A DNA stretch of 64,000 bases, taken from the NCBI GenBank assembly GCA_023248995.1, contig JAHFDN010000013.1, positions 194 to 64,193 of the forward strand, read 5' to 3'. A program made the translations under genes and the position numbers. How positions within the stretch are numbered: the first letter of the stretch is position 1; each line of letters starts with the position of its first letter. Shown here piece by piece: positions 44,784 to 53,870 of the stretch. This DNA is from Candidatus Rokuibacteriota bacterium (GTDB lineage Bacteria; Methylomirabilota; Methylomirabilia; Rokubacteriales; CSP1-6). Below the pieces are notes generated by a model, which saw only the letters and a program-made list of their open reading frames with translations, did not search any database and was not told where the DNA came from.

Positions 44784-46106
44784 ATGCCCGACAGCCCCTG
44801 GCAGATCACGCCCGTCCCCACGCCGGAGCCGAGCCAGGCTGACGAGCACACGCACAACCCGCTCGTCCGCTACTTCAAGCTCCTGGGTCCGGGGCTGGTG
44901 ACCGGGGCATCGGACGACGACCCCGGCGGGATCGCCACCTATTCCGTCGCCGGCGCCTCGCTCGGCTACGGGCTTCTGTGGACGGCGCTCGCCACCTTCC
45001 CGCTGATGGCCGCCGTCCAACTGATCTGCGCCCGGATCGGCCTGGTTTCCGGGCGAGGGCTGGCCGGCGCCATCCGACGCCACTACCCGCGCTCCTTCCT
45101 CTACGCGGCCTGCCTCTTGCTGCTCGCCGCGAACGTCTTCAACATCAGCGCCGACCTGAGCGGCATGGCCGAGTCGGCCGAACTTCTGACGGGGATCCCG
45201 TCTCCCTTCTTCGTCCCGGCGTTCGGGCTCCTGATCCTCGCGGTCACGACCTACACGAGCTACGCCACGTTTGCCAGGTACCTCAAATGGCTGACCGCAG
45301 TCCTGTTGGCGTACGTGATCGCCGCCTTCCTGGCGGGTCCCGAGTGGAAGCGCGTGGCCTTCGCCAGCGTCGTTCCGACGCTCAGCTGGGACGCCACCTA
45401 CGTCGTCACCCTCGTCGGGATCCTCGGGACGACGATCTCGCCGTACCTCTTCTTCTGGCAGGCCTCCCAGGAGGTCGAGGAGGAAAAGGCGCACGGGCGC
45501 CGAACGCTCGCCCAGCGGCGCGGCGCCACCGAGCACGAGCTCCGCGACGCGTGGCTGGACGTCAACACCGGCATGTTCTTCTCCAACCTCGTCATGTACT
45601 TCATCATCCTCGCCACCGCGTCCACGCTCTACCGCGCAGGGCAGCGCGACATCCAGACGGCTCGCGAGGCGGCCGAAGCGCTGCGGCCGCTCGCGGGTGA
45701 TGCGGCATACCTCCTGTTCGCGCTCGGCCTCATCGGGACGGGGCTGCTGGCGATCCCCGTCCTCGCGGGCTCGGCTTCCTTCGCCGTGGCCGAGCTCTTC
45801 GGCTGGCGGGCGGGGCTCGATCTCTCCCCCCGCCGCGGCCGCCGCTTCTACCTGGTCATCGCCGGGGCCATCGTGGCCGGCATGATCCTGGACCTCTTCG
45901 TGACCAACCCGATCCGGATGCTTTTCTGGTCCGCCGTCCTGAACGGCATCCTCGCCCCGCCGCTCCTGCTGCTGGTCATGCTCGTGGGGAATAACCGGCG
46001 GATCATGGGAGAACACGCGAACGGCTTCTGGCTGAACGTCTTCGGCTGGACGGCGACCGCGCTGATGACGGCGGCGGCCGTTCTCTTCTTCGTGACCTCA
46101 CTCTGA
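44784..46106 (+). CDS. NRAMP-family divalent metal transporter
   Basis: LGPGLVTGASDDDPGGIATYSVAGA, GTTISPYLFFWQ. Confidence 0.88.
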   Translation: MPDSPWQITPVPTPEPSQADEHTHNPLVRYFKLLGPGLVTGASDDDPGGIATYSVAGASLGYGLLWTALATFPLMAAVQLICARIGLVSGRGLAGAIRRHYPRSFLYAACLLLLAANVFNISADLSGMAESAELLTGIPSPFFVPAFGLLILAVTTYTSYATFARYLKWLTAVLLAYVIAAFLAGPEWKRVAFASVVPTLSWDATYVVTLVGILGTTISPYLFFWQASQEVEEEKAHGRRTLAQRRGATEHELRDAWLDVNTGMFFSNLVMYFIILATASTLYRAGQRDIQTAREAAEALRPLAGDAAYLLFALGLIGTGLLAIPVLAGSASFAVAELFGWRAGLDLSPRRGRRFYLVIAGAIVAGMILDLFVTNPIRMLFWSAVLNGILAPPLLLLVMLVGNNRRIMGEHANGFWLNVFGWTATALMTAAAVLFFVTSL

Positions 46107-46123
46107 CAAGGAGGAAACCCCCC

Positions 46124-47476
46124 GTGGAGCCTCTTCATACGCTGACCGCCACCGAGATCTCGACCAGGATCCGAGCCGGGCAGCTTTCTCCGATCGCCCT
46201 GACGGAGGCGCTCCTCGCCCGGCTCGACGCCCTCGATCCCGAAGTGAAGGCGTGGGTCTCCGTGGACCGGACCGGTGCCTTGGAGGCCGCGCGGCAGCGG
46301 GCGGCGGAAGCGGCGGCCGGCCAGCTCGCCGGCCCCCTCCACGGCGTCCCCGTGGGGATCAAGGACATCTTTCACGTGGCCGGAATGCTCACCACGGCCG
46401 GGGCCGGCGTGTTCGCGCACGAGCGGCCGTCGGAGGACGCCACGAGCGTGGCGCGCCTCCGCCGGGCCGGCGCGATCATACTGGGCAAGACCAAGACCAC
46501 CGAGTTCGCCTTCCTGGATCCCGCCGACACGTGCAATCCCTGGAACCCGGCGCACACCCCCGGCGGCTCGTCGAGCGGCTCGGCGGCGGCTGTCGCGGCG
46601 CGCATGATCCCGCTCGCCCTCGGGTCGCAGACCGTCGGCTCCACGCTCCGGCCGGCCGCCTACTGCGGCGTGGTCGGCCTCAAGCCGACCCACGGACGGA
46701 TCAGTTGCCGCGGCGTCATCCCGCTCGCCTGGAGCCTCGACCACGTGGGGATCTTCTGCCGGAGCGTGGCCGACGCGGCCCTGGTCCTCGGAGTCCTCGC
46801 CGGCCACGACCCCGGCGACCCGCTCTCGGCGAGGGAGCCCGCGGCCGACTACGTGGGCGCGCTCTCGAAGGCCGAGCGGCCACCTCGCGTGGGGCTCGCG
46901 CGCCAGTTCTTGCTCGAGCGGGCAAGCGCGGAGATCGCGGCGCACCTGGAAGCCACTGCCCAGAGCCTGGGCCGGGCGGGGGCCAGCGTGGAAGAGATCA
47001 AGCTCCCACCGAGCTTTTCGGGGATCCACGAGGCCGGGACGCGGGTGATGCAGGTCGAGGCCGCCGCCTTCCACGCCGAGCGCTTCTCGGTCCACGCGGC
47101 CCGCTACCGACCGAAGATTCGCGCCCTCATCGAGGGCGCGCTCAGGCTGAGCGCGGTCGAGTACGCGGCGGCCCAGCAGCACCGGTGGCGGTTCCGCGCC
47201 GAGATGGGGCCGGTGTTCGAGCACGTTGACGCGCTGCTCATGCCGGTCGCCGGAACGCCGGCTCCCCGGGGGCTTGATTCGACCGGCGACCCGTGGTTCT
47301 GCGCGCCTTGGAGCTTCGCGGGGCTGCCGGCGATTTCGCTCCCGTCCGGACTGGCCCAGGACGGCCTCCCGCTGGCCATCCAGTTGGTGTCGGGCGCCTT
47401 TGACGAAGCGCGACTCCTGGCTGTGGCGCGGTGGTGCGAGGCCCCCCTCGCCTTCTCCGCCGCGCCCCCCGACTGA
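46124..47476 (+). CDS. Amidase-signature family enzyme
   Basis: GPLHGVPVGIKD, PGGSSSGSAAAV, GSQTVGSTLRPAAYCGVVGLKPT. Confidence 0.92.
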   Translation: MEPLHTLTATEISTRIRAGQLSPIALTEALLARLDALDPEVKAWVSVDRTGALEAARQRAAEAAAGQLAGPLHGVPVGIKDIFHVAGMLTTAGAGVFAHERPSEDATSVARLRRAGAIILGKTKTTEFAFLDPADTCNPWNPAHTPGGSSSGSAAAVAARMIPLALGSQTVGSTLRPAAYCGVVGLKPTHGRISCRGVIPLAWSLDHVGIFCRSVADAALVLGVLAGHDPGDPLSAREPAADYVGALSKAERPPRVGLARQFLLERASAEIAAHLEATAQSLGRAGASVEEIKLPPSFSGIHEAGTRVMQVEAAAFHAERFSVHAARYRPKIRALIEGALRLSAVEYAAAQQHRWRFRAEMGPVFEHVDALLMPVAGTPAPRGLDSTGDPWFCAPWSFAGLPAISLPSGLAQDGLPLAIQLVSGAFDEARLLAVARWCEAPLAFSAAPPD

Positions 47477-47493
47477 CCGCGCCACTCCAGCAA

Positions 47494-47647
47494 GGGCCTG
47501 CGGGAGGCGGCGGGCAGGGAGCCCCGCGGCGCGGAGCGCACCGCGAGAAATCGCAGGAGTTCGGCCAAGAACCCACCAGGCTCGCGTAAGTCCGGGCCTG
47601 CGGGAGCGAGCACCGTGGGGCTGCCCGACGACAGGACCCGCGGGCCC
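47494..47647. other. Multi-branched palindromic intergenic element
   Basis: Three nested outer stems plus internal hairpins including GCGA-GAAA-TCGC, between convergent genes. Confidence 0.6.
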
Positions 47648-47662
47648 GAAGCAGGGTGGTCG

Positions 47663-48361
47663 TTAGCCGCCGACGCCGAGGTACGTCGTGGTCACCTGCT
47701 GGTTCGCGCGAAGCAGGGCGGGTGTCCCTTCGAAGACGATGGTCCCGTGGTCGATGACATAGACCCGATCGGCCAGCTGAAGCGCCATCTCCGCGTTCTG
47801 CTCGACCAGCAGCATGCTGACGTGTTCCCGCTTCAACTCCCGGATCGTCCCGATCACGGCCTCCACCACCAGGGGGGCAAGCCCCTGGGAGGGCTCATCG
47901 AGGAGGAGCAGGTCAGGTCCGGTGAGCAGGGCCCGGGCGATCGCCAGCATCTGCTGCTCCCCCCCGGAAAGCAACCGGCCTTTGCGGTCCAGCACTTCGC
48001 CCAGCTGAGGAAAACGCTGGAGCACATTCTCCACCTGCCAGCGGGAGCGGGGCCGGCGCGCAATCGAGAGGTTTTCGCGCGCGGTCAGGTACGAAAAAAT
48101 GCCCCGCGTTTCAGGCACGAGAGCGATCCCCATCTGGGAGATCCGGTGCGGGCCGAGATCGGCGATGGTGCGCCCCTTGTAGAGGATCTCCCCCGTGCGG
48201 GGCGGCGTCAGCCCTGTGATGGAGCGGAGCGTCGTGGTCTTGCCGGCGCCATTCCGGCCCAGGAGCGCCACCACCTCGCCTTCCCCCACCGTGAGCGAGA
48301 GGCCATGGAGGATGTGGCCCAGCCCATAGTAGGTGTTGATCTCGCGAACGTCGAGGATCAT
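47663..48361 (-). CDS. Liv-type ABC transporter ATPase (LivF-like)
   Basis: GRNGAGKTT, LSGGEQQMLAIARAL, LDEPSQGLAP. Confidence 0.92.
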   Translation of the reverse strand: MILDVREINTYYGLGHILHGLSLTVGEGEVVALLGRNGAGKTTTLRSITGLTPPRTGEILYKGRTIADLGPHRISQMGIALVPETRGIFSYLTARENLSIARRPRSRWQVENVLQRFPQLGEVLDRKGRLLSGGEQQMLAIARALLTGPDLLLLDEPSQGLAPLVVEAVIGTIRELKREHVSMLLVEQNAEMALQLADRVYVIDHGTIVFEGTPALLRANQQVTTTYLGVGG

Positions 48362-49110
48362 TCCACCACCACGCCGCCCAGGTAGGCGCGCTGCACGTCG
48401 GCGTTCCGCTGAATCTCCGCCGGAGTCCCCTCGGCGATGAGGCTCCCGAAGTGCATCACGGACACGCGATCCGAAACACCCATGATGATATCCATCTTGT
48501 GCTCGATGAGCACGATCGTGTAGCGCCCCTTGAGCCCGCGCACCAGAGCCACCATGCGCTGGGTCTCGTCGGGCGAGAGGCCGGCGGCCGGCTCGTCCAG
48601 CAGCAGCAGTCTGGGCGCGGCGGCGAGCGCGATGGCGAGCTCGAGCTGTCGCTGCTCTCCGTGAGAGATTTCGCGAGCCAGCTGGTTCGCCCTGTCCTGG
48701 AGCCCGACGTCACGCAGGGCGGCCAGAGCACGCTCGGTGACTTCCGGGTAGCGATCGGCCCGCCGCCAGGCGAACCCCCGCCAGGAGCCCCGGCGGGCGA
48801 AGGCGGCGATCCAGACGTTGTCCAGGAGCGACAGCGCGGGAAAAACGTTCGTGCGCTGGAAGGACCGCGCAATGCCCAGGTGGGCGACCCGGTGGGATGG
48901 CGTGCCGGTGATGTCACGCCCATCGAAGACAATCCGGCCCGACGTCGGGGTCAGCTGTCCCGTGAAGAGGTTGAAGAGCGTCGTCTTGCCGGCTCCGTTA
49001 GGGCCGATGATCGAATGGAGTGACCCGGCCTCAACCTCCAGGGACACCCCGTTGACCGCCGTCAGGGCGCCGAAGGCCTTCGTGACGTTCTCGGTCCTGA
49101 GAAGCGCCAT
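48358..49110 (-). CDS. Liv-type ABC transporter ATPase (LivG-like)
   Basis: GPNGAGKTT, ISHGEQRQLE, LDEPAAGL, IEHKM, AYLG. Confidence 0.92.
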   Translation of the reverse strand: MALLRTENVTKAFGALTAVNGVSLEVEAGSLHSIIGPNGAGKTTLFNLFTGQLTPTSGRIVFDGRDITGTPSHRVAHLGIARSFQRTNVFPALSLLDNVWIAAFARRGSWRGFAWRRADRYPEVTERALAALRDVGLQDRANQLAREISHGEQRQLELAIALAAAPRLLLLDEPAAGLSPDETQRMVALVRGLKGRYTIVLIEHKMDIIMGVSDRVSVMHFGSLIAEGTPAEIQRNADVQRAYLGGVVVE

Positions 49111-49112
49111 CG

Positions 49113-50054
49113 CTAGCTCGCCAGCCTCGTCGCCATCCGGCGCCTCTCCCGCCAGGACCAGAAACGCGCCCAGGCCTCCACGCAGCCGCCACGGAAGAAG
49201 ATGACCACGATCACGAAGGCGACCCCGAGAAGCAGGGGCCAGCGCGCCCACACGACGCTGACGGACTCGGAGAGCCAGATGAAGACGAAGGAACCGACGA
49301 TGGGTCCGTAGAGCGAGCCGCTTCCACCGATGAGGGTGGCGAACACCACATTGCCCGAGAAGACGAACCCGATGGCTTCCAGGGGGACGATGCCGAAGAG
49401 CATGGCGTACAGCACCCCGGCCAACCCGGAGAAAGCGCCGCCGATGACGAAGGCCAGGAGCTTCAAACGGGCGCCGTCGTAGCCAACCGCTTGGGCGCGC
49501 ACCTCGTTTTCCCGGATGGCCTGGAGGATCTTGCCCAGGGGCGATTCGACAATCCGCTTCATCACCCACAGCGAGACCAGGAAGAGGAGGGCGACGAAGA
49601 TGTAGTAGGCGAGCGGCTGGCGGAAGTCCACACCAAGCAACACCGGCCGACCGATCCCCGGCATCCCGTCCTCGCCGCCCGTCACGGTGGTCCACTGGTA
49701 GGCGATGAAGTAGAACATCTGGTTCAGCGCGAAGGTCAGCATGATGAAGTAGAGGCCGGAGCGCTGAACGCACAGATAGCCCACCAGCGCCGCCGACACG
49801 GCCCCCACCAAGACGCCGATGCCCAGCGCGGCGAAGACGTTGATCCCGTAGTGCTTGAGAAGGTAGCCACTCACGTAGCCGGCCGAGCCGAAAAACGTGG
49901 ACTGGCCGAACGACAGGAGGCCCGTGTAGCCGAGGAGGAGGTTCAGCCCCAGCCCGAAGATCGCGAAGATCCAGATCTCGCTTGCGATGGCGTGGCGGAC
50001 AGCGAGGGGGAGGAGGATAACCGCGGCGAAAACCGCCAGCCAGGCCCGGCTCAT
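49113..50054 (-). CDS. Liv-type ABC permease (LivM-like)
   Basis: LNLLLGYTGLLSFGQ, TGGEDG, AIRENE; ATG at 50054 with GAGGGGAG upstream. Confidence 0.9.
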   Translation of the reverse strand: MSRAWLAVFAAVILLPLAVRHAIASEIWIFAIFGLGLNLLLGYTGLLSFGQSTFFGSAGYVSGYLLKHYGINVFAALGIGVLVGAVSAALVGYLCVQRSGLYFIMLTFALNQMFYFIAYQWTTVTGGEDGMPGIGRPVLLGVDFRQPLAYYIFVALLFLVSLWVMKRIVESPLGKILQAIRENEVRAQAVGYDGARLKLLAFVIGGAFSGLAGVLYAMLFGIVPLEAIGFVFSGNVVFATLIGGSGSLYGPIVGSFVFIWLSESVSVVWARWPLLLGVAFVIVVIFFRGGCVEAWARFWSWRERRRMATRLAS

Positions 50055-50059
50055 CTCCC

Positions 50060-50170
50060 CTCGGATGGGGGCCACCCAGGCGCCCCCACGCCTCCGGCGT
50101 GGAAGCCCGGGTACCCGCCCCTTCCGAACCTCCCCCCGATGGATTGCGCCGGCCCAGCCGGCGCTCGAAC
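50060..50170 (-). repeat. Nested-hairpin repeat, long copy B (livH/livM junction)
   Basis: Reverse complement is about 90% identical to 20970-21080. Confidence 0.9.
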
Positions 50171-50214
50171 GATCGCGCGGCTGAGCCGCCACGTGCAGGC
50201 GGGCATCCGCCGGC

Positions 50215-51072
50215 TCACCGGATTCCGAAGAGCCCCTGGGGGCGGACGAGGAGGACGGCGGCCATCACCGCGAAGATGACCGCCACCGAGGCCTCGGTCC
50301 AGTAGAACGCCACGATGCTCTGGGCCACCCCGATCAGCAGGCCGGCGGCGATGGCGCCCAGGAGGTTCCCGAGGCCCCCCAGCGCGACGACGACGAACGC
50401 GATCCCGAGCATGTCCACACCCATGCCGGGGGACAACCCACGGATGGGCGCGGTGAGGGCGCCGGCGATCCCGGCCAAATACGCGCCGAGGGCGAAGGCC
50501 GCGGTGAACAGCCGGTGGATATCGATCCCGAGAAGCGAGACCATTTCCTTATCTTCAATGCCGGCGCGCATGATCGCCCCGTACCGGGTCTTTTCGAGGA
50601 AGAGCCAGGTGGCGAGCACAAGAAGCCCGGCCATCACCATGACGAAGAGGCGGTACTTGGGATAGAAGATGAAGCCCAGGTCGAGCCCGCCCCGGAGAAT
50701 CGGCGGCGGGAGCTGGCTGAAGCCGATCGGGCCCCACACGACGATGATCCCCTCGCTCAGGATCAGCGACAGGCCGAACGTGAAGAGCAGCTGGTAGTCG
50801 TGGCCCGCCCGGTAGAGCGGGCGGATGCCCGCGTATTCGATGGCGAGCCCCAGGACCGCCACGCCGACGGGGGCGAGGACGAGCGCGAGCCAGAAGTTCC
50901 CGACCACGTGGAGCGTGCTAGCCAGAAAATAGGCGCCCACGGCGAAGAGCGCGCCGTGGGCGAAGTTGGGGATGTTCAGGATCCCCGTGATCAGCGACAG
51001 GCCGAGCCCCATCAGGGCATAGAGCATGCCCGTCGCGATCCCGTTGAGAACCTGGCCGAGGAGCTGGCTCAG
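50215..51072 (-). CDS. Liv-type ABC permease (LivH-like); probable CTG start
   Basis: QVLNGIATGMLYAL..NFAHG, TRYG..MRA, GGLG, RPQGLFG; CTGA overlap with the upstream stop. Confidence 0.88.
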   Translation of the reverse strand: MSQLLGQVLNGIATGMLYALMGLGLSLITGILNIPNFAHGALFAVGAYFLASTLHVVGNFWLALVLAPVGVAVLGLAIEYAGIRPLYRAGHDYQLLFTFGLSLILSEGIIVVWGPIGFSQLPPPILRGGLDLGFIFYPKYRLFVMVMAGLLVLATWLFLEKTRYGAIMRAGIEDKEMVSLLGIDIHRLFTAAFALGAYLAGIAGALTAPIRGLSPGMGVDMLGIAFVVVALGGLGNLLGAIAAGLLIGVAQSIVAFYWTEASVAVIFAVMAAVLLVRPQGLFGIR

Positions 51073-52298
51073 AAGCTACCGATGTCCTTGCACGCAGCGT
51101 AGGCGGCCGGCAGCGGCGTGTCGCCCGTGGCGATGATGTCCGCGAAGTCCATCGGGTTCTTCATCGCGGCCTTCGGCTTGCAGCGCATGAAGAAGAACGG
51201 GCGGAGCGTCTGATGGGTCTTCGCGTCTACCCGCATCCGCCCCACGAGGTCGTTGACCTCGATCCCCTCCAAAGCCTTGATGACGTCGGGCACCTCCGTG
51301 GATTTGGCCCTGTCGAAGCCGTGGAGCAGCATGCGCGTCATGCCGTAGGCGGCCGCCGGCGCGTAGCCCGGGGGATTGCCGAACTTAGCCTGGTAGTCCC
51401 TCGCGAATTCGCGGGCCACCGACGTCTCCGCCGTGTAGTAGAAATTGGAGCCGACCCAGATGTTCTCGCGGTTTTCCGGCGACAGCTGGACCAGCTCCTC
51501 CACCCCCGAGGACCACGCCATGATGAGCGGGATCTTGGGCGTGAGGCCGAAGTTGAAGATCTCTCGGGCGGCCGTGACGGCGTCCAGGCCGAAGTTGACC
51601 ATGGCCACCACGTCCGGCTTGTTGCCCGCCGCCTTCGTGACGTAGTTGGAAAACTCACGCTCACCGAGCGGGTGGCGGTCGGCGCCGACGAACTCGATCC
51701 CGTGGGTCTTGCCGACCTCCTTGATGTACTTCTCCACCGACCAGCCGAAGGCGTAGTCGGCGACGAGCAGGTGCCAGCGCTTGGCCTTGGGGTTGGCCTT
51801 CATGAAGGTGTCCACGTCGGTCTTGGCGGCCGTGTAGGGGCTCGCCGCCCACTGGAAGGAGTAGCGGTGGCAACGCGCGCCGGAGATGTCCTCGGTGCCG
51901 CCACTGAAGTAGTGCAGCACCTTCTTCCGCTTGGCGACCTCGGAGACGGCCAGGGCGACGCCGGACGACCAGGGGCCGATGACGAACTTCGCCCCCTCGC
52001 CATCCACCGCCTCCTCGACCCGCCGGGTAGACGCGCCAGCCTGGGTCGCGGAGTCGCGCGTGACGTACTTGATCGGCTTGCCCAGGATCTTCATCCCGCG
52101 CTCCTCGAGGGCCATTTTCATGCCGCGGTCGAGGATGGGCCCCACGTCGGCGAAGGCCCCGGTGAACGGCCAGATCCCGAGCATGACGACCTCCTTGGCC
52201 TGGCCCCGGACCACCGCCGGGAACCCGAGGCCCCCCGTGGTCCCGACGGCGCCGACGGCGCCCAGCTTCAAGACGTCCCTGCGAGTCAGTTCGCGCAT
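51069..52298 (-). CDS. Liv-type ABC substrate-binding protein with Tat signal
   Basis: LTRRDVLK twin-arginine signal; PFTG.FA, SSGVALA, DYAFG. Confidence 0.9.
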   Translation of the reverse strand: MRELTRRDVLKLGAVGAVGTTGGLGFPAVVRGQAKEVVMLGIWPFTGAFADVGPILDRGMKMALEERGMKILGKPIKYVTRDSATQAGASTRRVEEAVDGEGAKFVIGPWSSGVALAVSEVAKRKKVLHYFSGGTEDISGARCHRYSFQWAASPYTAAKTDVDTFMKANPKAKRWHLLVADYAFGWSVEKYIKEVGKTHGIEFVGADRHPLGEREFSNYVTKAAGNKPDVVAMVNFGLDAVTAAREIFNFGLTPKIPLIMAWSSGVEELVQLSPENRENIWVGSNFYYTAETSVAREFARDYQAKFGNPPGYAPAAAYGMTRMLLHGFDRAKSTEVPDVIKALEGIEVNDLVGRMRVDAKTHQTLRPFFFMRCKPKAAMKNPMDFADIIATGDTPLPAAYAACKDIGSF

Positions 52299-52357
52299 GG
52301 TGGACCCTCCCCCAGACGATACGAGGTTTTCTCCCCGGACGACGCCAGCAAGCCGGA

Positions 52358-52386
52358 AGCCTACTATGTGTTCGGGAAAAGCGCAA
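52358..52386 (-). promoter_or_regulatory. Sigma-70 promoter of the Liv-type operon
   Basis: TTGCGC-17 bp-TAGGCT on the minus strand. Confidence 0.5.
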
Positions 52387-52435
52387 CGGGCCCCGACGGG
52401 TCCGCGGGCGGCGGGGGACGGCCGAAAAATAAGGC

Positions 52436-52467
52436 TTGCAACATCAATTGAATTAGGGTAGCCTAAT
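52436..52467 (+). promoter_or_regulatory. Promoter with overlapping DtxR/IdeR-like operator
   Basis: TTGCAA-17 bp-TAGCCT; palindrome ATTAGG-GTAG-CCTAAT (52452-52467) covers the -10. Confidence 0.7.
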
Positions 52468-52496
52468 GTTCCGGTCCAACCACGGGAGATGCCGAG

Positions 52497-52844
52497 ATGA
52501 GACGACTCATGGCGGTTCTGGTCAGCCTGGGGGTGGCGGCCCTGATGGCCCTCCTAGGGGTCGCGCGCGCCGCCGACACGCCTCGGGAGGTCCCCCTCAC
52601 CATCGAGGGGAACCGCTTCATGCCGGAGGAGATCGCAGTCAAAGCCGGCGCCCCGTTCGTCCTGATCATCACGAACAAAGACCGCGGTCCCGAAGAGTTC
52701 GAGAGCCGCGACCTCAAGATCGAGAAGGTGATTCCGGCCGGAAAGACCGTCCGGTTGAAGATTCCCTCCCTGAAGCCGGGGACGTACGGCTTCGTCGGGG
52801 AATACCACGAGAAGACGGCGAAGGGCCGCATCGTCGCGGAGTAG
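52497..52844 (+). CDS. Cupredoxin-like periplasmic protein (EfeO-N / FtrB type)
   Basis: Signal peptide; EEFES..LKIEKVI, LKPGTY.FVGEYH. Confidence 0.85.
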   Translation: MRRLMAVLVSLGVAALMALLGVARAADTPREVPLTIEGNRFMPEEIAVKAGAPFVLIITNKDRGPEEFESRDLKIEKVIPAGKTVRLKIPSLKPGTYGFVGEYHEKTAKGRIVAE

Positions 52845-52847
52845 CGC

Positions 52848-53699
52848 GTGGGCGCCACCTTCGTCGTCACGCTCCGGGAAGCCTTCGAGGCAGCGCTGGT
52901 CCTCGGGATCGTCTACACGTACCTCGAGAAAATCGGCGGCCGTCAACACTACCGGTACGTCACCTGGGGCGGGGCGCTGGGGGTGGTCGCGAGCATCATG
53001 ATCGCCGTCGGCGTCGGCTTCCTCTCCGGCCCCCTGCTCGATCTCGGTCCGGACGTCGTGGCGACCGGCGTCATCTTCGTCGCCGTGGCGGTGCTGACGT
53101 GGCACGGGTGGTGGATGCAGCAGCACGCCCGGGCGATCAAGGGCGAGGTGCAGCGGCGCCTTGACGAGGCGCAGGCCACTCGGCGGCTCTGGATCGTCGC
53201 CCTGATCGCTTTTACAGCCGTCTTCAGGGAGGGGACGGAAACCGTCCTCTTCCTCTGGGGTCTCCTAGCCCAGGCGACTGACGCCGCGGGCGGGGTCGCG
53301 AGCTGGAGCGGTGTCGCCGGCGGCGCGATCGGGATTACCGTGGCCGTCGGGCTGGGGTGGACGATTTTTCACGGCGGCAAGCGCGTGAGCCTGCAGAAGT
53401 TCTTCTCCGTGACGTCCCTGCTACTCATGTTCCTCTCGGCGGGTCTCTTCAGCGCCGGGATCGGCAAGCTCCAGGGGTTCGGCCTGCTCCCGCAGGGAAG
53501 CATCGTCTGGGACACTTCCCCGCTCCTCAGTGAGCGGAGCTTCCTCGGCGCGTTCCTGAGCGGCCTCGTCGGGTATCGCGCGCGCCCGTCCGGGGTCGAA
53601 GTCGCCGCCTACCTCACCTACCTGCTCCTCGCGGCAGCACTCCTGTTCGGTCATCGTTGGAGCCCCGTCCGCGCCGCCGACCGGCTCGACCCCGCCTGA
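52848..53699 (+). CDS. FTR1/EfeU-family iron permease
   Basis: Two RExxE motifs (LREAFE, FREGTE); about 7 TM. Confidence 0.92.
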   Translation: MGATFVVTLREAFEAALVLGIVYTYLEKIGGRQHYRYVTWGGALGVVASIMIAVGVGFLSGPLLDLGPDVVATGVIFVAVAVLTWHGWWMQQHARAIKGEVQRRLDEAQATRRLWIVALIAFTAVFREGTETVLFLWGLLAQATDAAGGVASWSGVAGGAIGITVAVGLGWTIFHGGKRVSLQKFFSVTSLLLMFLSAGLFSAGIGKLQGFGLLPQGSIVWDTSPLLSERSFLGAFLSGLVGYRARPSGVEVAAYLTYLLLAAALLFGHRWSPVRAADRLDPA

Positions 53700-53799
53700 T
53701 CGCTGCCAGGGCCCCGGCGCTCCCCTTCTCGCTTGATTTCGGTCGCACCGTGCCCAAGATCAGGGGCGGGTCGCACCATCTCATTCCGGGGAGGCTTCC

Positions 53800-53870
53800 A
53801 TGAAACTCAAAGGTCGGACGGCGTTGGTGACAGGAGCGGGCCAGGGGATCGGCGCGGTGAACGGGGGCGA
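53800..53870 (+). pseudogene. Short-chain dehydrogenase 5' remnant
   Basis: GGAGG + MKLKGRTALVTGAGQGIG (TGxxxGxG), then homology ends at the convergent gene. Confidence 0.7.
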
